Below are positions 58,585-64,000 of a DNA stretch of 64,000 nt, piece after piece. The first letter of the stretch is position 1, and each line of letters begins with the position of its first letter. The notes below the pieces were generated by a model. The model saw only the letters and a program-made list of their open reading frames with translations, did not search any database and was not told where the DNA came from. The DNA is from Truepera sp. (GTDB lineage Bacteria > Deinococcota > Deinococci > Deinococcales > Trueperaceae), in NCBI GenBank assembly GCA_965218435.1, contig CBDCKW010000009.1:288001-352000 (forward strand), read 5' to 3'. The translations under genes and the position numbers were made by a program.

Positions 58585-59355
58585 TCAGATAAACGAAGAG
58601 AGCCCACGCTTAGAAGCGTCTCTAAAGGAGAGCATCAGCTGCACATCATCACTTAAGAGCGCGAGCTCTTCTAACAGCGCCCAGTCGCGGCGGCGAAAGG
58701 CGCGGATGGCCCGTTCCAGGTCGCGGTAACGCGCGTCACTGACGCCGCGCCGCTTGAGGCCGACCCGGTTGAGGCGGTAGTGCCGCGCCGGATTGCCCCG
58801 AGCCATGCTGTAGGGCAGGACGTCCCGGTTTGCCGCGCTGCCCGCGCCGAGCATCGCATAGGCTCCGATACAGCCATGTTGATGGACGATGGCCGTTGAC
58901 CCGAGCACCGCGTAGTCGCCGACCTGTGCGTACCCGCCGAGTTGAACTTGCGTCGTCAAGACGCAGCCCCGCCCGACCTGAACGTTGTGCGACACGTGAA
59001 CCGAAGACATGACTAGGGTGTCTGCGCCGACTCTGGTTTCATGACCTTCGCCACTCGCCCGGTGAACGGTGACGAACTCACGCAGCGTCACGCGCTCGTC
59101 CAAGACAGCAAAACTCGGCTCGCCGCGAAACGCACTGTCCATCGGCTCACCGCCGACGACGGCGTAGGGTCCGACACGGCACCCGGCTCCGACGCGGCTC
59201 CCAGGATGGAGCACACTGCCGGTCTGAATGACCGCGCCGTCACCGACCCGGACTCCCGCTTCGATCACGGCAAATGGCCCGACCATACACCCCTCACCGA
59301 GTTCGGCGCTCGCTGCGACGACCGCTGAAGGATGAACGGTCGCTGCAACGGTCAT
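58585..59355 (-). CDS. lpxA: UDP-GlcNAc acyltransferase (left-handed beta-helix)
   Basis: Hexapeptide repeats; REFVTVHR, HVSHN, VHQ and LNRVGLKRRG motifs. Confidence 0.9.
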   Translation of the reverse strand: MTVAATVHPSAVVAASAELGEGCMVGPFAVIEAGVRVGDGAVIQTGSVLHPGSRVGAGCRVGPYAVVGGEPMDSAFRGEPSFAVLDERVTLREFVTVHRASGEGHETRVGADTLVMSSVHVSHNVQVGRGCVLTTQVQLGGYAQVGDYAVLGSTAIVHQHGCIGAYAMLGAGSAANRDVLPYSMARGNPARHYRLNRVGLKRRGVSDARYRDLERAIRAFRRRDWALLEELALLSDDVQLMLSFRDASKRGLSSFI

Positions 59356-59822
59356 GCAGCAAAAACAAACGACAAGATCGCTTCGGCTGCAACCTCATCA
59401 CCGACGAGGGCCTGGGCTTCAACTCGGCATAACCGGCGGCGAAAGAGCACGATGGTTCCGGTCAGCCGCAACACGTCACCGGGCACGACCTTGCGCTTAA
59501 ACTTGGCTCCGTCTACCCCGGCGAGGTAACCGATTTGCGGCTCGGCGTCCGGCCCGGTCCAGCCTTCACGGACGGCTAAGCCGACCGCCGACGCCTGCGC
59601 GAGCGCCTCTAAAATCAACACCCCCGGCATCACCGGCTCGCCTGGGAAGTGGCCCTGAAAATACGGTTCGTTAAACGAGACGTTCTTACGGCATTCAAAC
59701 GCGTCACCGTGTTGCGAGACGAAGGCGTCTACCAGCAAAAAAGGGTAGCGGTGCGGGAGCAGCGTGCGTAAGTCGAGTGGGTCTAAAGGGGTGCTTAGGC
59801 TGGGGCTCGAGCCAGTACTCAT
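59352..59822 (-). CDS. fabZ: 3-hydroxyacyl-ACP dehydratase
   Basis: LPHRYPFLLVD and FQGHFP..PVMPGVLILEALAQ motifs. Confidence 0.95.
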   Translation of the reverse strand: MSTGSSPSLSTPLDPLDLRTLLPHRYPFLLVDAFVSQHGDAFECRKNVSFNEPYFQGHFPGEPVMPGVLILEALAQASAVGLAVREGWTGPDAEPQIGYLAGVDGAKFKRKVVPGDVLRLTGTIVLFRRRLCRVEAQALVGDEVAAEAILSFVFAA

Positions 59823-60805
59823 ACCGGCACCGTCTGCCGGAGCTGGTTTTGCACGTGCAACTCGGTGACGAGCTGCGTCGCAAGCTGCAGCGCCCGCACA
59901 TCGTCGTCTAAGGTACCGATTGGTGGCGTGTTGCGGCGGATACGGGCAAGAAAATGCTCTAACTCGCGCCGTAACGGATTATCTTCATGCACAATCACGC
60001 GGTCCATCTGGATTTCAGAGTGCCCGGTCGTGTGGCCGCTACTCTCAGTTACGGGCCGGTAAACCGAAACTTCAGTGTGCGGCTCTTTGCCGAAGTCTAC
60101 CCGGAGCGTCTGCTTCCTTTCAGCGATGACCAGCGTGCGTTCGGCGTCGGGGGCGACCCGTGAGGCCAAAAATCGGGCGATACAGCCGTTTTGAAAGGTG
60201 ATCTGCGCGGCGGCGATGTCTTCATGACCGGTGCCGCTCAAGATGTGCCCGGAGACGTGCACGCTCCTAATCGGATGCGGCACGATGCCCAGCACGATGT
60301 CAATATCGTGAATCATCAGGTCTAAAATAACGCCGACATCTTGAATCCGGGCGTTGGGCGTCAGCCGCCGCGCTTCGATCAAGTAGGGTTCGCTGATACG
60401 CTCGCCTAAAAGTTCAACAGCTTGATAAAAGCGGGTGATATGCCCGACTTGTAAGATCAGACTCCGGGCGCGGCTCAGTGCGGCCATCCGCTCGGCTTGA
60501 GCAACGCTGCTGGCGACCGGTTTTTCGACCATCACGTGAACATCGGCGTGTAAGAGCTGCTCAGTCACGGAGCAGTGATGGCTGGTCGGTGCGGCGACGC
60601 TCGCGGCGTCAAGTGTTTTTGCGGTTAACAGTGAGGCCACGTCGGGATAGGTGGCGACGGCAAAGCGTTGCGCAGCTTCGGCGCGGCGCTCTTCGCTCGG
60701 GTCAACGACGGCGACGAGGTCGGTATGCGGCAGCGCGGCGTAAACGCCCGCGTGATTTTTACCCATCACCCCAAAACCAACGACGGCGACGCGGAGGCGT
60801 TTCAT
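59819..60805 (-). CDS. Gfo/Idh/MocA oxidoreductase, GnnA-like (UDP-GlcNAc 3-dehydrogenase candidate)
   Basis: GFGVMG, VEKP and DLMIHDID motifs; embedded in the lpx operon. Confidence 0.8.
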   Translation of the reverse strand: MKRLRVAVVGFGVMGKNHAGVYAALPHTDLVAVVDPSEERRAEAAQRFAVATYPDVASLLTAKTLDAASVAAPTSHHCSVTEQLLHADVHVMVEKPVASSVAQAERMAALSRARSLILQVGHITRFYQAVELLGERISEPYLIEARRLTPNARIQDVGVILDLMIHDIDIVLGIVPHPIRSVHVSGHILSGTGHEDIAAAQITFQNGCIARFLASRVAPDAERTLVIAERKQTLRVDFGKEPHTEVSVYRPVTESSGHTTGHSEIQMDRVIVHEDNPLRRELEHFLARIRRNTPPIGTLDDDVRALQLATQLVTELHVQNQLRQTVPV

Positions 60806-60869
60806 ACGGTACCTGCCCCCGTACTCTCGTTAAAATTGAAATGCCTTTTGGGTGGGCTGCAAGTTGTGG

Positions 60870-61679
60870 TCAAGGTAACTCCCCGGCTTCACCCGCAGGC
60901 GAAGGCTCGAGTGAGAGTAACATAGCTTCACCTAACATGGCCCGCGCGAACCCGACATGGGCGCTGTGTGAGCCCCGAATGACCTCGAGCCGCCCCACCA
61001 CAGGCCGTCCGAGCAGATAAAAGTCCCCGAGCGCGTCGAGCGCCTTATGGCGAACCGGTTCGTCGGGCGTACGGAGCTGCGTCATCGGCCCCTCGTCGCC
61101 GTAAACGACCGCGTTGTCTAAGCTTGCAGCGGTTGCCAAACCGTGCTCGCGCAGCTGCTCGAGATCGCTTAAAAAGCCGAACGTCCGAGCGTGCAGGAGT
61201 GTTTCATACGCCTCCGGCCCCCCACACCACCGCTGCTGCCCGATGGCGGGGTGGGCGAACGCGATTTCAGCGCAGAGTTCGGGTCTGCCGGGTAGGGCGC
61301 GGCCGCGCGTTTCGCCTTGCTGGAAGCTGAACTCGTGACCGACGACAAACCCCGGTGGTGCAGGTGGCGGTGCGCCGAGGGCGTCTAACAGGTCTAACCA
61401 GGGCGCAGCAGAACCGTCTAAAATCGGCACTTCGTCGGCGGATACCTCGATCACTAGACCCTCCCACCAACCGCGCACCGCGAGCGCCGCTAACAGGTGC
61501 TCGACCATCAAAACCTGATACCCGCCCCGGCCCAGCGTCGTACTGCGGTTCGTCTCGGTGACGTACTCGAGCCGCGCCGGAATCTCCTCTTTGCCGCGCC
61601 GAAACCGCACCCCGCCCGCCGCCCGGTGCAGATGCACCCACGACGGCGCACCGGTGTGGAGGCCGTACCCGCTAATCAC
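60870..61679 (-). CDS. lpxC: UDP-3-O-acyl-GlcNAc deacetylase
   Basis: [32 protein letters not shown] and GSH motifs. Confidence 0.92.
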   Translation of the reverse strand: MISGYGLHTGAPSWVHLHRAAGGVRFRRGKEEIPARLEYVTETNRSTTLGRGGYQVLMVEHLLAALAVRGWWEGLVIEVSADEVPILDGSAAPWLDLLDALGAPPPAPPGFVVGHEFSFQQGETRGRALPGRPELCAEIAFAHPAIGQQRWCGGPEAYETLLHARTFGFLSDLEQLREHGLATAASLDNAVVYGDEGPMTQLRTPDEPVRHKALDALGDFYLLGRPVVGRLEVIRGSHSAHVGFARAMLGEAMLLSLEPSPAGEAGELP

Positions 61680-62811
61680 GCCCTTCGCTCCCCTTTTCGG
61701 AAGGTTTCTGGCTTCTGATGTCCCCTTTAAGATAATCCCAGATGGCCTCTAACCTACCCAGCAAATATAGCTCACGCACCCAGCGGCGGTGGGGCCGCGC
61801 CGGATAGCCTGCCCAGGTCTCGCCTGCCGGAACGCTTTTGAGGACGCTCGAGCCCCCCGCAACCCTGACCCCGTCGCCGAGCTGAACATGGTCGGTGACA
61901 CCGACCTGCCCCCCCAGCACGACGCCGCGCCCGAGCACCGTGCTCCCGCCGACCGCCGACGCGCCTGCGATTACACAGTCCGGCCCTATCACCACGTTAT
62001 GCCCAATCTGACAGAGGTTGTCAATTTTGCTCCGTGCGCCGATACGGGTTTCTGCGAGTGTCCCACGGTCAATACAGCTGTTCGCCCCGACCTCGACGTC
62101 AGCTTCCAACACGGCCGTCCCGTGATGATAGATTTTGAGCGCACCTTGCGGCCCGAAGGCGTAACCAAAGCCGTCGCCGCCGACCACGACGCCGCTGTGC
62201 AAGATGACCCGCGCCCCAAGCTGGACCCCCGGATAGAGCGTAACGTTGGCGTGGAGCAGCGTTGCCTCACCGACCAAGGCACCTTCACCGACGACGCACC
62301 CCGCTCCGATACGGCAACCGTCACCTAGCTGAACGCCTGCGCCGATTACGGTCCCCGCCCCGATACTGACCCCTTCACCGAGCACGGCGTCCGGGTGAAC
62401 GACGGCTGTTGCTGCGATAGTCGCCTTGGGCGTGGGAGGCGCGAAGATGGCCGTCAGCTTTGCGAACGCGAACCGGGTGTCGGGTACGGTGATAACCGGG
62501 CAAAAGACGGAACCCAGCCTTTCCGCGCCAGCCTCCGGTACGACAAGCGCACCCAAAAATTGTGTCACACGTTCCGAATCCTCACGGGTTTGAAACGCCT
62601 GAACTTCTTCGGCGGACAAGACGACGACGCTGCCGGACAGAGGTGAGTCGTTCAGAGTGCTGGACGCAACCAGCGCGGTAATGGCGCGGTTTTCTCCGAC
62701 GAGTTGACCGCCGAGCTGCGCGGCTAAGGTGGCCGCGTCGCCCAAGTTTTTTGCGCCTGGGGCGGGTTGGACGACCGTATCTGTGGCAGTGTCCGGCACC
62801 GTCTCTGTCAT
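61672..62811 (-). CDS. lpxD: UDP-3-O-acyl-glucosamine N-acyltransferase
   Basis: Hexapeptide repeats; [21 protein letters not shown] and GYPA motifs. Confidence 0.93.
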   Translation of the reverse strand: MTETVPDTATDTVVQPAPGAKNLGDAATLAAQLGGQLVGENRAITALVASSTLNDSPLSGSVVVLSAEEVQAFQTREDSERVTQFLGALVVPEAGAERLGSVFCPVITVPDTRFAFAKLTAIFAPPTPKATIAATAVVHPDAVLGEGVSIGAGTVIGAGVQLGDGCRIGAGCVVGEGALVGEATLLHANVTLYPGVQLGARVILHSGVVVGGDGFGYAFGPQGALKIYHHGTAVLEADVEVGANSCIDRGTLAETRIGARSKIDNLCQIGHNVVIGPDCVIAGASAVGGSTVLGRGVVLGGQVGVTDHVQLGDGVRVAGGSSVLKSVPAGETWAGYPARPHRRWVRELYLLGRLEAIWDYLKGDIRSQKPSEKGSEGRD

Positions 62812-64000
62812 GGACGCTCCAGCATAGGCGTAAAAACGTCCGTAAAACCTAGATTGAGGCTCGGCTCGAGCGGCGGTTCCTCGAGCGGACCTTCTCGAGG
62901 CTCCGTCTGGGGCAAATCAGGCGCGACTTCGGGCGCTCCCGGTTCGTCACCCGGTTTCGTCCCCGGTTTTTGGGGTTTAGCCGCAGGTTTTGGACCCCGC
63001 ACCTTTAGGTCTACCACTTCACTTCCCGAGACCAGGTACGGCAAACTGAGCCGCGTCAAAAGCCGGGGTTCACCGTCAATCCTGGCCTCGACGACGAGTT
63101 CACTCGCCTGCACGTTGGTCTCGAGCCCCGCTAAGAGCTCGGCAAACGACAGCAGCGGGCGCTGTTCTTCGCCGTCCGCTGGAGTTGCGCCGCCGCGCAC
63201 CGTCAGCGTCACCGCGCCGCGTAAGCTGGGCGGCAGCCGCACTTTGACGCGCTCAACTACCGGGTCCGCACGGTAGGGTTGCAGCCGCACATTTAAGAAG
63301 AGTGTCGCCGCCGCCTTGAGCGTTTTTCGCTCCGGGACAACCTTAACGAGTTCAGCGCCCTGCTGCGACCTGTTGTACGAGATGCTCATAGAGACGCGCT
63401 CAACCTCGGCGGCCCGAAACGGATTGTCGGCAAAAATGGCCAGAGGTTCAGCGGCAAGCTGAGCGGCGGCAAAAGCTACATCGTCGGGGGAGGCAGTCTG
63501 CTCGAGTGCCCGCACCCGTCGCCCTCCCTTAAGGGTAAGGTCCCAGGCCAGCTCAGCGGTGCCGCTCCGCCGCGCCTCTAACAGTTCATCAAACGCTTGC
63601 AACGTCGCCGAGGCGAGGAGCGGCGCGTAGAGACGTTCGTCTTCGGTCACCTCGAAGCGTTTTTTAAGTGCGCCCGCGTCGCCGCTAAAGTTGAGCGTGA
63701 CCGGGATGAACTTAGGTGCTTGGCCCAGCCTGCCACTAATTGCGTAGGGCCGGTCTTGGGTGACGCTGCCGAGCACGCGCCTGCCGCTGTCGGCGAGCTT
63801 AAACGGGGTGGTGCGGCTCGGTACGAGCGCCGTCACATACGCGGGCGCGAGCGCAAACGACGCCGGGCCGCCGCCCAAGAGCGGATGCCCGAACGCCCAA
63901 AACGCGCCGTCTTCGGTGAGTGTCAGCGTCCCGACCGCTGCCACCGTGACGTCTCCCCGGACGAGCTGTACGCTGATGGCGCTCCCCGGTTGAAGGACGA
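62808..64000 (-). CDS. SpoIVB/peptidase S55-domain protein; 5' part lies outside the window
   Basis: AVGTLT, AFGHP, FKLA and QDR motifs; frame open to the window edge; ATGA overlap with lpxD. Confidence 0.75.
   Translation of the reverse strand, partial: VLQPGSAISVQLVRGDVTVAAVGTLTLTEDGAFWAFGHPLLGGGPASFALAPAYVTALVPSRTTPFKLADSGRRVLGSVTQDRPYAISGRLGQAPKFIPVTLNFSGDAGALKKRFEVTEDERLYAPLLASATLQAFDELLEARRSGTAELAWDLTLKGGRRVRALEQTASPDDVAFAAAQLAAEPLAIFADNPFRAAEVERVSMSISYNRSQQGAELVKVVPERKTLKAAATLFLNVRLQPYRADPVVERVKVRLPPSLRGAVTLTVRGGATPADGEEQRPLLSFAELLAGLETNVQASELVVEARIDGEPRLLTRLSLPYLVSGSEVVDLKVRGPKPAAKPQKPGTKPGDEPGAPEVAPDLPQTEPREGPLEEPPLEPSLNLGFTDVFTPMLERP

Overview
Bacterial chromosomal window of moderately high GC, almost certainly Deinococcota (Trueperaceae-like). 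Support: Thermus-type homoisocitrate dehydrogenase, Gfh1, a Thermus-like glucose-binding protein, and TANNNT boxes directly before start codons. It holds about 50 CDS. Housekeeping genes include lepB, pdp, hicdh, greA, gfh1, lysS, amtB-glnK, murJ, surE, recG and serA, and there is one intact IS5-family element. The most notable items are: (1) a lipid A-like operon, S55 peptidase-lpxD-lpxC-gnnA-like-fabZ-lpxA-lpxB-msbA-like-methyltransferase, in a phylum usually described as LPS-free; (2) an alginate-type O-acetylation cassette (algF, algI, algJ and three algX paralogues) with no polymerase in the window; (3) strong, frame-independent over-representation of the palindrome CTCGAG, not seen in the IS or a low-GC islet; (4) several uncharacterised surface lipoproteins, an Stf0-type sulfotransferase, a JAB+E1 pair, and a WYL regulator with a candidate operator and truncated target. 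Two genes carry apparent frameshifts. I found no rRNA, tRNA or CRISPR array. All calls come from reading motifs by eye; no database search was run.
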